NCBI RefSeq assembly: GCF_021869535.1
Contig: NW_026262593.1
Location: 54,622,001 to 54,686,000 of the forward strand
Reading direction: 5' to 3'
DNA length: 64,000 bases
DNA from: Mytilus californianus
Lineage: Eukaryota
Shown: positions 24,096-37,045 of the stretch, one piece after another
How the letters are laid out: every line of letters starts with the position of its first letter
Position numbering within the stretch: the first letter of the stretch is position 1
Translations under genes and position numbers: made by a program
Notes under the pieces: generated by a model
The model's input: the letters and a program-made list of their open reading frames with translations, nothing else
The model's database searches: none
Told to the model about the DNA's origin: nothing

Positions 24096-25557
24096 CTGCA
24101 TGTTATTGAATAAAAAAATAATTTAAATAGATAAAGATGTTTGTCCCGAGCGAGAAAAAAAAAACAAAAAAACAAAAAAACGTGCTCACCACAAAAGATA
24201 AATGGTCGCTGTCCGAATAAATAAAAGTATAGAATCATATAACCGCAAAAAAAACCCACTAAAAATCCAATTTTATTGTACATTTTTGGCATTTTAAACA
24301 TTGATACAAAAGTTGCTATCTGGACTGGTCATATGGGCCTAAAAAATCAAAACGGAACCAACAAAAAAATAACTAGACTATATACATGTTACACACATAT
24401 TGTTTTTGTTGAGACAAATAGGTCGGAAAATATCCCGATTTTTTTTCATAGAAAAAGGGGCTAACCGATTAAGGAGCGAAAGGCCCCTATATAAAAAAAT
24501 GGTAAATCACAGAACCACAATTCATCTTTTGCTAAAATATTACACTTTTCACTGCTTTTTAAAAGCGTTCCTTTTTTGTATAATTTCCATTTAAGAACGC
24601 GGAATACGGGTTCCTGCTCCTCAAAATGACACCGTCCTTTTATTCAACACCGATAAGAACATAGATCTTATAATTGTCAGTACAGCTTTCGAGGAAAATC
24701 AAACTTTGCTTTTGGCACTAGATTGAAATAAAACAAACATGCACCTGTCCTTAGTCAGGAACCTGTTGTTCAGTGGTTGTCCATTGTTGATGTGGTTCTT
24801 AAGTGTTTCTCGTTTCTCGTTTTTATATAGATTAGACCGTTGGTTTTCCTGTTTGAATTGTTTTACACTAGTAATTTTGGGGCCCTTTATAGCTTACTGT
24901 TCGGTGTGAGCCAAGGCTCCGTGTTGAAGGCCGTACTTTGACCTATAATTGTTTACTTTTTACACATTGTGACTTGGGTTGAGAGTTGACTCATTGGCAC
25001 TCATACCACATCTTCTTATTTCTGTTAACATGTGACGATGTAAATAAGCAAAGTGGGATGGAGAGATGTCGATTTGTAGACCGAAAGAAGAAGACATTAC
25101 TCACCAAGGTTGATAAAGTGGAGTTGTAGTTCGAGAGATGAATACATTACACCGCCAGGTTTACAATATAATTAATATATATATCTCTGATTTCGTTGTC
25201 CTCATATGAGTACGAGCACGCCAGATGGGATAGGTCTGAATTTTAACTTCAGCGATTTCCAGGTTTATTAAGCAGGGTTTAGCATGTTAATTTGTAGATC
25301 GAAAGTTTTGTTCGCCGCTTTTCGATTTAAAAAGAAATACTACATACAAATTTGTAGACCGAAAAGGGAGAAAGGATATAAAATAAGGTAGTTATTAAAG
25401 CAAATATCGTTTCCATTGATCTGTTTTGCACCAAGGATATATTTTCGCCTACATTGATTTATTCGTTATTCTTGCTTGCGTATCATACGCCCAAAGAACC
25501 TAAATTAATGATAAATTGAAAATAAACGTAGTTTCAGCTGAATGAACGAACTGGAAT

Positions 25558-25780
25558 GAGCCTCCTCATGGGGTTTTTGATTATGTGATTACTTGGCCGT
25601 ATTTATAGTGATTATTTGATTACCAGACCAAATATTTCATGATTATTTGATTATTTGATAATCTAGGACTGTATTTTTGATTATTTGATTATCTTGTTAA
25701 AAAAAATTAATGATAATATCATTATATTGGCAAAACATTTGTTATTATGTGATTACTTGGACACCCCCATGAGGTGCCTC
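25558..25780. mobile_element. GAG-type MITE family 2 with perfect 6-bp TSD
   Basis: GAGCCTCCTCATGGGG ... CCCCATGAGGTGCCTC; TGGAAT on both flanks; internal GATTAT(T/G)TGA subrepeats. Confidence 0.8.
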
Positions 25781-26241
25781 TGGAATGAAGGGCCAGTGAT
25801 GCTCGATGTCCTAGATCCGGTGGTTCGTTCCTCAAACACCAGAGGCAGATTTAATAAAGGCTAGGGGACGCCCCTTATGGACCTAGCTATGATTGTTAAT
25901 GCATAGACATAAAGTCCAAGTCCTAATGTTGTCTTGTTCGGTCCCCTTTCAAAATACTGGTTCTGAACCTGCACACTTAGAAGTGTGGCGGAATCATCCG
26001 AGGTGTTTGAATGATTGGTAGCCAACTGGAGGGAGATAATTTGCTGTAAGGGCAGAAATGTAACGGTATACAATACATCACATAAAGACTCCTGATAGCC
26101 ATTTCTTTCAAGTGTCATTTCACGAGCAGAATGAATGACGCTCTACAACGTTAACGTCCATATTCTGACCACGTGATTCTGACTAGATGTGGCACCTAAT
26201 TTAACGTCCTTATTCCAACCAGATGTGGCTGTGTATTTATC

Positions 26242-26287
26242 ATGTTTATAGAAATAATATTAAGCCAAACGGACGTCAGTCACAGTG
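26242..26287 (+). CDS. Alkaline phosphatase, tentative first coding segment
   Basis: ATG..MFIEIILSQTDVSHS with phase-1 donor GTCAGT fitting exon 26426, but a weak signal peptide. Confidence 0.3.
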
Positions 26288-26425
26288 GTCAGTCAGCACG
26301 AGTAACTTTTGAACGAGAAAAGTCCAGGTTGTAAAAAATCTATACTTCAATCTTTCCTTGGGGTATAGAACGATCAGTGTCGATTGATAAACCAAATATC
26401 AAAGTACCATTTTTCTTTATTTCAG

Positions 26426-26646
26426 AAGCATACGTATGGAGGAAAGAATCTCAAGAAATTTTAAAGAATGCACTGAATCGTAAGCTCAACACTAATGTGG
26501 CTAAGAATGTCATTTTGTTCATCGGTGATGGGATGGGCGTGTCAACTGTTACAGCAGCCAGGATACTGCGGGGTCAGAAACAAGGTCGACCCGGAGAGGA
26601 AACTGTTTTAGAGTTTGAAAAGTTTCCACATGTCGCTCTTGCCAAG
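26426..26646 (+). CDS. ALPL: Alkaline phosphatase (ALPL/TNAP-like) exon
   Basis: AYVWRKESQEILKNALNRKLNTNVAKNVILFIGDGMGVSTVTAARILRGQ...FPHVALAK, containing the metal-ligand GDG motif. Confidence 0.95.
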
Positions 26647-28041
26647 GTAATGATAGTCGCTAGAAATAATGCCTTGACCGGAAGAACTATTTTATATGCC
26701 GCACATTTGTGGAATTGTGTGTTGATAGTCCCTGCAAAATGTATTCAAAAATGTGAAGACTCTAGATCTAAGGCTTGGCATATTATAAGCACTCAAGACG
26801 TATTTCGTTTCTTTGTGTCGATGGATTGCTGTCTCTTTGACATACATTTTCTTTTATTCAAATAGATATTCCAAAACTAGTCAACAAAGTCATTATGGCG
26901 ACTGTATTTACATAAACGTCAAAACGAAAACCGTTATAATCATGCATAGCGGGTTTATAGCTTACTTTCTTGTTAGAATGTTCCGAAAAATGCCAAGCCC
27001 TTGGGAATCGTATTATACTGTAGTACCAGTCGAAAAAATAACGTTTTTCTGAAAAGAGAACTTTATATACCAGGTCGGATAAACGATATTGATCAATATA
27101 CGCAAGTTATAAATTACCTAAAAATAGACCAGAATTCCTTACTATGGAATACAATTTGCCAATAGAGAATCTGTTTCATATCTATCTATTTACAAAACGA
27201 AAACAGCAGGTGTTGCGGAAAATATACATAAACAAAAAGAGTTCAATATGCGAGATATGAGACATTTTTCATGAATAGTGTCTGCATTTTTGCTCTGTAA
27301 TGAAACAATATCATTTGTTAAGAAAATTACATTTTAAACAATTGCTGTGAAATTCTATCTTTAAGTTATATATTTTATCGTATATGACGTACTAAGGTAA
27401 AGATAATCTTGTGAGTTTCCTCAAGAAATATCACCGCCCTTTCGAAAAAATCGCTTGTTTGAAACAAGTTATTTCGGAATATCTTTCTGGAATATCAAAT
27501 CAATAGAGATTTGATTTAAGTGACATATTTCCACATATGGACAAAGTAAAATAACAAAAATACCGAACTCCAAGGAAAATTCAAAATGGAAAGTCCCTTA
27601 TCGAATGGCAAAATCAAAAGCTCAAACACATCAAACGAATGGAAAATAACTGTCATATTCCTGACAAGTTCATCTTCCATCTTTTGGCAACTACTTTGGT
27701 TGTCAGGTGGTAGCTAGCATGTCTTGCATCGGTTATCGGAGATCTTGATTTCCATCCCTGAGTATAAGCAGATGGATGTTTAGCCACAGGCAGATTTAGA
27801 AGTGGGGACCGCTAGGGGGGGACCAACTTATGGAGCTTCAAATATGATAAATGCATAGACTTAATACAAGAATCACTCAAAATGTTTGCTTGCCAGACCC
27901 GCTGCTTCCTTTTCAAAATCCTGGATCCGCGTCTGTTGTCATCCATATATCATTTAATCGGTCATGTTTAGCTGTTGATAGAATTAATATGAATATGTAA
28001 TAGTTCACACAGTACCTTGATATTTTTTTTTATAATTGCAG

Positions 28042-28216
28042 ACTTACAACATAGACAAACAGACACCAGACTCGGGTGCAACAGCGACCGCCCTTATGAC
28101 GGGTATTAAAGCAAACTACTATACAATAGGTGTTGATGGAAGAGCCAAATATGCAAATTGTTCTTCAATTAAAAATGCAAAAGTGGATGGCATGGTGAAT
28201 TGGTCAAAATTTGCTG
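28042..28216 (+). CDS. ALPL: Alkaline phosphatase exon with catalytic Ser
   Basis: TYNIDKQTPDSGATATALMTGIKANY...; 175 nt, phase 0 to 1. Confidence 0.95.
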
Positions 28217-28913
28217 GTTTGTTTATTTCATTTTGTGTTAATAAATGCATATACACTTTTTTGACGATAAATGCATTTGAATTTTGAATGGGGACATATA
28301 GTTGGAACAGCCCCTCCCCTTTTATCCTGGGTTAGGAACCTTTTATAAATGGCTGGATCCGCCCCTGGTACGCCCTTCAACAATGTGCAAAACCCATACT
28401 ATGCTATAGAAGGCACCTGAATATATAGTTTGTATTTACCTGTAACGCTATTATTCACTTGTTAGATTTAATCTCATTTGAATAAGGAAATGTACTGTAG
28501 GTGTATAAACATTATCCCATGAACCAGATTTACTAAATATGGATATCAAGTGGCCTTCACCAAACGAAATGTTAAGCTCTAAATTGCACCGGTTGGAGAC
28601 GACCGTAAATATGTAATCGCACAATTTCATAAACTGGCATATTTAATTTTATCTTAGCCATACTTTGCAATTGTAACGAGAACATATTGATCAGCTTCGT
28701 TGTCTACGCCATTCGTCATACCAGGAGTCTTGTACCACGTGACATTCATGAAATATTTAAAATGTCCACTTTCCTATTAATATTGGTATTTTGCAGCATT
28801 ATAGCTCATATTATACTACTTGATTGTTTCATCTTTAAAGAAGGCGAGCGAAAAGGTATTGTGTTTGTTTGGTTTTGTTGTTCACTATCATCAAATCATT
28901 GCTTGTGCTTTAG

Positions 28914-29083
28914 GTAAAAGTACAGGAATAGTGACTTCTACACGTGTCACACATGCTACTCCAGCTGCAGCATACGCTCATGCACCACAGAGAGAATGGG
29001 AGAGTGATATTAAACTACCAGCTGATCATGGCGAGTGCAAAGATATAGCATACCAACTCATAGTAGACCAATCTGATATGCAG
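28914..29083 (+). CDS. ALPL: Alkaline phosphatase exon
   Basis: [32 protein letters not shown]...CKDIAYQL; donor CAG|GTAAGT. Confidence 0.95.
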
Positions 29084-29322
29084 GTAAGTAGAGCATACCA
29101 ACTCATAGTAGACTATCTAATATGCGGGTAAGTAGAGCATACCAACTCATAGTAGACCAATCTGATATGCGGGTAAGTAGAGCATACCAACACATAGTAG
29201 ACCAATCTGATATGCGGGTACATGCAAGTAGAGCATATTTACTCAAAGAAGACCAATCTGATATCCAGGTAAGTAGAGCATATTTACTTATATAAGACCT
29301 GTCTGATATGCAGGTTAGTATA
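29047..29322 (+). repeat. Six tandem copies of a ~45-bp unit spanning the exon end and splice donor
   Basis: Units of 45, 44, 45, 51, 45 and ~45 bp based on AGCATACCAACTCATAGTAGACCAATCTGATATGCAGGTAAGTAG. Confidence 0.9.
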
Positions 29323-31320
29323 GGTTCTCCAATTCTTTATATTTTAATCGGTTCTGACCAGTTCAAGAAACGTTGATAAAACTATAATAATTGAAATTGT
29401 ACCCTAGAAATCGTCATGGTTTTCTAGATTTGCGTGATCATATTTTTAAATAAGAAGTTGCTTTTCCAGAATCCATTTTATTAGAGTATACATATATACA
29501 GTAAATACATCCCGCCGTTTTATCGTTGCTGCTGTTGAAAACCGCGAATTTCCATAGACCCGACATATCAATGAGAATTTGTCTTAATTATCTATTTCCC
29601 ACCGTATATCTATTCGTAAGATTGACTTGGCAATCTCCATTAAACAATAAGAAAACGGATTTTAGCATTTCATATGCAACTATTCCTGTCATATTTAGAT
29701 TCGGTACCTCTGCATGTTAATTACTGGTTTAATTAGGATTATGTATATTTACTAGTTACCCGTGTGACAGAGGATTTAGAAAACTGAAAAATATATACAT
29801 TTGACTTCAGTTAACATCCATTTGAGGTTGTCTTTTATTAATTTAATAAAATCATGAAATAATTTCATTTAGAATCGGACAAAACTAAACTACATAGGTC
29901 TTGTCAAAATCTTGTCTTGATCAGGTGCCATGTTTGTTTTCTTTGATAACGTCGGTGTTATGACTTTATATCTCCTTGATCTAGCTATGCACTAGGGTAT
30001 TATTAGAATAACAATTACGTATCAAATTTAATTGTAATATAAACACTGGAGTTAAATTTAATTATTTGAATGAACAAATGTCGAAGATCGTCTACGTTTG
30101 AAAATCAATTGGTCGCCATTTTTTTCGTAACTTCGAAATTTTATCTAAACTAACAAAATATATCCATTCCCACAAAAAGAAAACATTGTTTGATTATATA
30201 CTGCTTAAAGGTAAGACAATGGCTGAAACCGTTTGCATCCATAAGTTATTTGATTTCCATCGTAAAAATATTACAAAATATTTTTTCACAAGTCGAGTTA
30301 CGACATCAGGTCAGTAAGTTATTACCTTTATTGGAAAAATAGACGTATAAAACAACACATAAGTAAATGGAAGTTTAAGGAAACTATGCAATTTCGAAGA
30401 ACCGACAGCAGTATACCCACTTGCAAAAATAGAGACATCAGCTACGTTTACTTGTCTGTCATTGCCTGAGACATACGAAATGGAGAATGTCTTGCCACGG
30501 TAGTAGACTGCAGAATTGGTGAGTACATAGGATCAACTATGAGCTGCATAAAGTGGACAGTTAATATTTTCAACAGCAGCACATATCTACGTCAGATTTA
30601 CTCTATATGTGTCTCGATATGTGTATGCTTGTATAACAAGGAATCGAGAAAAAGTAAGTGCCTACTATAGAATATGATAATTCAATTCCCGAAGACGATG
30701 GTGTTCTCTGTGGTTCAATTCTATTTTTTTTTTAATTATGTATAGCTATGAACCTTAAAGTATTGTTGTGTATGACTATGGTTGTTCTTTATTTCCAAAC
30801 ACTAACACTTTAAAAAAATAATCGATACTATTTATATAAGCAAAGTTCTAAATTATTGGAAAAACAGCTTCATAGTTCCTGTTTATTTCAGGTTTTATAT
30901 CTTTTTCAATCAGAAACTCATTTTCAAAGACCACCTGCATTGCACGTCTTAAAACCTACATAGGGTAGATGATTAAAGCACTAATTGTTCTTTTGAAACA
31001 TTCTATTTTTAAAACTGATACTCATTTTAAAACAAAAAAATGTTCTCTAAAAAACGTATTGTGTGCCATGTGTTTGGCTTTTAGATTATTTGCATGTATA
31101 CGTTTGTAGCTTTCACACGTTTATTTTGTTATTTACTTTTTGGTTTGTTTTGTTTTCGTCATTTGAAAAAAAGAACCTTGTATAATTATTGTTATGGTTT
31201 GCGATGTTATAATGTTCTAACAAAATGAAAATCAGATCAGATGAACATTTAAACAGCATTTATTTGCGGATTTTTTTGGTTTAAAAATATAACAATTATA
31301 TAGACATTTAAACATTTTAG

Positions 31321-31431
31321 GTTATACTAGGTGGCGGTAGACAGTATTTCATGACAAACACGTCTGTTGACCCTGAAACAAAAAAGGTCAACAGTGCGAA
31401 AGGCAGACGCGACGGTTTAGATCTCATACAG
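31321..31431 (+). CDS. ALPL: Alkaline phosphatase exon
   Basis: VILGGGRQYFMTNTSVDPETKKVNSAKGRRDGLDLIQ; phase 0/0. Confidence 0.93.
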
Positions 31432-31659
31432 GTTTGTATTGTTCAGATAAATATTTGAGTTATATCCCTTTAACCGTGGAAAGAATTACCCGAGCCTCTT
31501 CCCTAATCAGCTGACAACATACTTTCACGATATCCATAGCTACTCCGATCATTTGTAAAATTGCATGGTATATTCAATATGTTGTCATGGTCTGACTAAT
31601 TTTAATTGGCATAGACGTTTGAATTGTGGCATGAACCCCCTTTTGTGTTTAAGTAAATA

Positions 31660-31885
31660 AACTCATCATAGATACCACCCTTAAAATTTTGTACGCCAGA
31701 CGTGCGTTTCGTTTACAAAAGACTAATCAGTTACACTCGAATGAAAAAAAAATAAAAAGGCCACATAAAGTTCAAAGTTTAAGAGCATTGAGAACCCAAA
31801 ATTCCGAAAGGTTTTGCCAAATACAGCCAAGGTAATCTATTCCTGGGGTAGAAAATCCTTAATATTTCTAAAAATTCTAAGTTTT
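31660..31885 (-). mobile_element. Retrozyme-like repeat family 1 with mutated hammerhead
   Basis: Minus strand CTGATTA-GTCT..AAAC-GAAA-CGCACG-TC-TGGCG at 31694-31735; G8 is replaced by U. Confidence 0.6.
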
Positions 31886-32225
31886 GTATATTTTTTTACT
31901 TTTCAACCTTCATCCATTTATTTCATGTGTCCTTGATATCTTCCAAAAAAGTAATTTATATGTTCTGTCCCTCTTTTTTTTTATTTTCCACGTTAAAAGG
32001 AAATGCACAAGGAGCAAATGCCTTAAGCCACGGCCAGTTTCACTTATTCACCCATTGGAATTGACGTGGGGTTTAAAGTGAGTCACGTGTAACCCAATGT
32101 TTGGTGTTTCGTGTAAGGTTTTATGTAATGTTCTGTGTAGTCTTTAAGGGTTGTAACCCTTAGGTGTTGTTGTCTTTCCACAACACAGATTTCAATAATT
32201 ATTCTTGTTTTTTCTATCCGACCAG

Positions 32226-32328
32226 ATGTGGAAATTAGACAAAGAGGAAAGAGGTGCTACTTACAAATATGTTTGGAACAACTCGGATTTCAACGCTATA
32301 GATCCAGCAAAAACAGATTACTTACTAG
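32226..32328 (+). CDS. ALPL: Alkaline phosphatase exon
   Basis: MWKLDKEERGATYKYVWNNSDFNAIDPAKTDYLLG; phase 0 to 1. Confidence 0.93.
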
Positions 32329-33729
32329 GTAAGGCTGATTTATTATGCTTTCAACAACGACGCGCGCAAATTACAAAAAACCTTAAAAAATAATCAAACG
32401 ACCTAAATTAGTACACACATGTAAAGAGTATTTTTTTCATTTTTAACAAAAAAAAACATACTTTTGCAAAGACAGATTGTGAAATAAAACATTCCAGAAA
32501 ACAAAATCACAAATAAACGTTTGCATGCTTACCCTTCCAGAACACATGATATCAGTCTAATTTTAATGAAATTTTAATTTCTAATGTTTTCAACCTGTCG
32601 TTTTGCTTTTGATTTGTGTATTTCACATTAATCAATCAACCAATCCTAAACTCTATTGTGACAATTTGACTGTGTGCGAATTCGCATAGCATGTCATTAA
32701 TGCATAACAATAAACCCTCACCTTTTTTGACGAACCCGGTCTTGCTCTGGTTGGAGTACATATGGTTTCCCAAGTTTTTGTTTTCTATCTTTTAATTATA
32801 TAATTTTTATATTTTTCTAACAGTTTTTAGAATACTGGTAAACTATTGCTATATATAACTTAAACTGCTGATTCGATTTTGGATTCCATTTTATTTTATA
32901 ATTGCTAGGTGTGGATACTTTAAATGTTTTATTACCTTGACTTAAAGAAAAATCAGGTCTAGCATGCGTGATGTGGATTATTTTTAAGCACACTTGTCTC
33001 CATTGAAAAAAAGAAAAAAAAACAATGATACCGAACTATAAAGTGTATTCATCAAGGGGTAGGCCATACAAACTGACAAAACCAAACTCTCGAATTTATC
33101 AACCAACGTAACGAATGGTAACAACTGTCATATTCCTGACTTGAAAATTGGTTTTAATCATATGTTTATATTATAAGCTGCTGATAACAAACTGTCAATC
33201 CTGATTGTATTATCCATACAACAACCAGACATGCTATATTTAATATTTGTTATTATTGTAATATCTTCTCTGTAACTATGAATTTGGTTTATGAGAATAA
33301 AGATCATTCAATTCATTCAACCAGTGTTTTGGTAAAGACCCTTTTTGATTGCAAATTATCAATTGATGTATTTGGCAATCATATTCAAATCATAACTGAA
33401 CATTTCTCAGGTGGCACTGATGTTAGCCGACTGATGTCGTTCTGTTAAAGCCACTCTTTTGATTCTCCTAATTAAATGTTTTAGGATGAATGAAGAAATA
33501 TTTGATGTCAACAAACACTATCTATTTTATCACAATTGCGTTTGTAACTTCCCAAAGGAATAAAAACTTGCCAAATTATAAAAAAGAAATGAAAATATAT
33601 GTTTGTCATTTATTTTGATTGTAAACTGAATCATTCTGATAACTACAAAACAAATTCTTCGTTCAAAATTAAAAAAAACAAAAACACGCTACACGAATTA
33701 CACAATTGCTCAGTTCCCTTCTGTTTTAG

Positions 33730-33870
33730 GACTTTTCCAGCTAGACCATCTAGACTATGAATTAGAACGGGACCACAGTGATAAAGGAGAACCTTCATTG
33801 CCCGAGTTAGTCAGGAAAGCAATTCAGATACTTAGCAAAAACGATAATGGATTCTTTCTTATGGTAGAAG
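33730..33870 (+). CDS. ALPL: Alkaline phosphatase exon
   Basis: LFQLDHLDYELERDHSDKGEPSLPELVRKAIQILSKNDNGFFLMVEG. Confidence 0.95.
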
Positions 33871-34223
33871 GTAAAGTAAACGTGTCAGTCAATACAAATG
33901 TGCGTCCAGTACAAAAGAATCAATACAGGCAGTTATTGAACAGAGTTTGGATATGTAAAGAAGAAATTAATTATTATAAAAAAATGTTACTCTTTATGTA
34001 CATTCATATTATTTACAGCTTCTCATTGCTATCAATTTCATTGGCTTTCTTTTTTAGTTGTTTAAAGCATATGAATAGGCTCAACTGAAGTACGTTTCTC
34101 ATTAATATTTTCCTATAGTTTATTACACTCATATATCATTTGACCATGGCTAATTGATTTAGGACATACATACCTTACAGACACTTTATAAAATCCATGA
34201 ATGTACAATTCCCTTAATTTTAG

Positions 34224-34415
34224 GCGGTCGTATTGATCATGGACATCATGATGGAAAAGCTAAAAAAGCCTTGTATGAGACATTAAGCTTGGAAGACGCC
34301 GTGAGAGAGGCTGTAGCACTTACTGATGAGAAAGAAACATTGATTGTCGTCACTGCCGACCACTCTCATGTGTTCAATATTGCTGGATATCCAAAACGAG
34401 GCAATGACATACTAG
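34224..34415 (+). CDS. ALPL: Alkaline phosphatase exon with Zn ligands
   Basis: GRIDHGHH...TLIVVTADHSHVFNIAGYPKRGNDILG. Confidence 0.97.
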
Positions 34416-34726
34416 GTGAAATTATTTTACATTTGTTGACTTTAAAAAAGGATTTTGGCAGCTGTAAATTGTGTAAAATGCATTAATCTTTTAACTAGTT
34501 GTTGCTTATAAACGTGATTTACTTTTTATTTATTTGATGTTAGGAATTTCTTTTGAAAGGTTTTTAATCAAAAGTAAAAAAAATAAAGAACATTGATACT
34601 TTCGGAAAATTTCATATGATCCTTCCACATTAGACAGAGGAGAACCAAAACAGTCCTTTTCAAAATACTCTGTTAAATACACAAGTTTTGAATTTAGAGC
34701 ACTATTTTTTTATTCTGTGATTTCAG

Positions 34727-34864
34727 GTGTAGTAGACCCTCTTTTTCGTCAATGGTATCCGTTAGACGGCAAAGCTTATACTACACTATTGTATGCTAAT
34801 GGACCAGGATTTAACACGTCAGGGTCAGGAAGAACTGACCCATTAGATGAAGTAGAAGATTTAC
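34727..34864 (+). CDS. ALPL: Alkaline phosphatase exon
   Basis: VVDPLFRQWYPLDGKAYTTLLYANGPGFNTSGSGRTDPLDEVEDL; phase 1/1. Confidence 0.93.
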
Positions 34865-35119
34865 GTGAGTAAACATATAATCAGCATTTTATGTCGTTAA
34901 TCATTATGTTTTGGTGTTTTGTATTGTTTAGAAGCAATGTTTATTTACCTCTGTCTGCATACAACGAAAGAAGCTGACGACGAGATGAGCAATAACCATG
35001 TGTCGAAGGAAGGCAGATAGCACCAAAAACTCGAAAAGATAATCAACAGTCCCGAACCACTTTACAGAAGATAAAAAATCTGAGCAACAGACAAATAAAC
35101 AACAGAGAATGAAGAGATA

Positions 35120-35200
35120 TCAGTTTTACGGCATCCATTTCGACAATTAATGTCTCTTCAGTGATGCTCGAGGCCAAAATTATTTGAAAGTCAAAAACCT
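35120..35200 (-). mobile_element. Retrozyme-like repeat family 2 fragment
   Basis: Minus strand CTGAAGA-GACA-TTAAT-TGTC-GAAA core intact; stem III and cleavage triplet deleted. Confidence 0.55.
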
Positions 35201-35611
35201 AATATAATCATTGAAAAGATGATAAAATAAAATATGATTAATCCAACATGGACAAGAATGAACCTGCTCCATGTATGCAGTTCTTGTTTCATTAGATGTA
35301 CCTGTTGTGCCGCTGTACATTACATGTAAAATTCGATGAAAATCTGCATAATGGGATAAAAAAAAAAAAAAAAACAAGAACATGCATGTTGCTACAACAT
35401 CTTGTAAGTGTCCATTGATATTGAAGTCATTATTGAGTCTTGATTTGAGGCAGACATAACTATATCTGTCATATCATTTATTTCAAGTTCAATTAGATAC
35501 ATGCCATCAACATAGTTAATAAGCTATTGCATTATTCAATAATCTATTTTCCTATTACAGCCTTTTGACTATGGATTTTCGACAGGTTACACACTCTGTT
35601 AAGAAATTTTC

Positions 35612-35801
35612 GTACTTGTTCAAGTGAGACCAACTAAGGAAGTAAAATCAAGTTTACAATCGGTGCAATTTGAGGAAACAATTAACTGTTTTATGTTTTC
35701 TATACACGAAAAAAACATCCGAAAACATTTGATTTTCCCCCTAATTGCACCGATTGTAAGCTTGATTTACTTTTTGTAGTTGCTCTAACTTGTCTAAGTA
35801 C
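35612..35801. mobile_element. Foldback MITE with ~67-bp imperfect TIRs
   Basis: ..AATCAAGTTTACAATCGGTGCAATT / AATTGCACCGATTGTAAGCTTGATT..; TA at both ends. Confidence 0.65.
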
Positions 35802-36029
35802 CAAGATATCCTACCTCTGGTCCTGTCTAAAACTTGTATACACTGGAGTCAAAAGTCGTTTATATGAAAATAGTTTACTGGGCGGATATTACTGAAAAAC
35901 CAAAAACGTTTATTTGAAGAACAATTTTAGCTTCTTTACACTCTTCTTGTGAAGCTAATTTTTATGTCATCATCACACAAAAACAAAGATTTTTATATAG
36001 TTTATATGTATTTTGCACTGTTACACCAC

Positions 36030-36390
36030 TGTCTGATGTAAAGGGAAGGGTTTGACGCCAGAAAACTAGTTTAACCCCGCCACATAATGTATTTGCCTGG
36101 CCACAGTCAGGAGCCTGTAATTCAGTGGTTAACAACAAACAATTGTCGTTTGTTGTTGTTTATCATTTTTTGTTTTTCGTTTATTGCTTTGTACATAAAT
36201 CAGGCCGTTAGTTTTCTCGTTTGAATTGTTTTACATTTGTAATTTCGGAGCCTTTTATAGCTGACTATGCGGTATGGGTTTTGCGCATTGTTGAAGGTCG
36301 TACAGTGACCTATATTTCTTAAGTTTTATATCATTTGGTCTCTGGTGGAGAGTTGTCTCATTGGCAATCATACCACATCTCATTTTTATA
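36030..36390. repeat. Interspersed repeat family B, near full length
   Basis: Aligns along ~350 bp with 46395-46735. Confidence 0.75.
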
Positions 36391-36757
36391 GTAGAGTTTA
36401 TAGGCCTTAAATAGCTTCTTGACTTCAAAGTTTTGTTGGTTTTAACATATTTTATAGCTTAAAATTTCTAATGGATCAAGACTTTTCAATGGTATCCATG
36501 TCACAGTGTATTTAAAAAAATAATTCAACGGATAATAATTATAAGGAGTATAAGTTTACTAAGTCATATGACTGAAAAGAACAGTTATATTAAAACAGGT
36601 CATGTGGATTAATTATATTTCAAATGAAAAAAGCGTTCTTAGTAAGAGACATTTCAGTGCCAGTTTCAAGTCTATCTGTTCCTCACAGATGTGACCAATT
36701 TCTTTACAAAGCATTGTCGTTCCTTCAAAATAATTGTTAATATACTATTTCGTTTAG

Positions 36758-37035
36758 ATGACAAAGATTATGTCCGAAATAGTGGAGTTCCTTTGAAATC
36801 CGAAACCCACGGAGGAGAAGACGTCGCCATTTATGCACAGGGTCCAATGGCACATCTGATATATGGGGTCCAGGAGCAACATTATGTCGCCCACGTCATG
36901 GCATATGCATCTTGTGTTGGTCAAAACAAAGATCACTGTAGACAAACAAACACTGCATCATCATTACAGAATAGTTTCATCAATTCATGTTTTATTTTGT
37001 TGTTAAATAGTTTATTTTATTCCACGTTTTTATGA
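36758..37035 (+). CDS. ALPL: Alkaline phosphatase terminal exon with GPI-anchor-like tail
   Basis: [41 protein letters not shown], then a Ser/Thr spacer and hydrophobic [15 protein letters not shown]. Confidence 0.95.
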
Positions 37036-37045
37036 TATAGTGTAA

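Noticed and set aside
29047-29322. Short regularly spaced repeats as a CRISPR-like array
   Set aside because: Head-to-tail tandem units without unique spacers, in eukaryotic intronic DNA.
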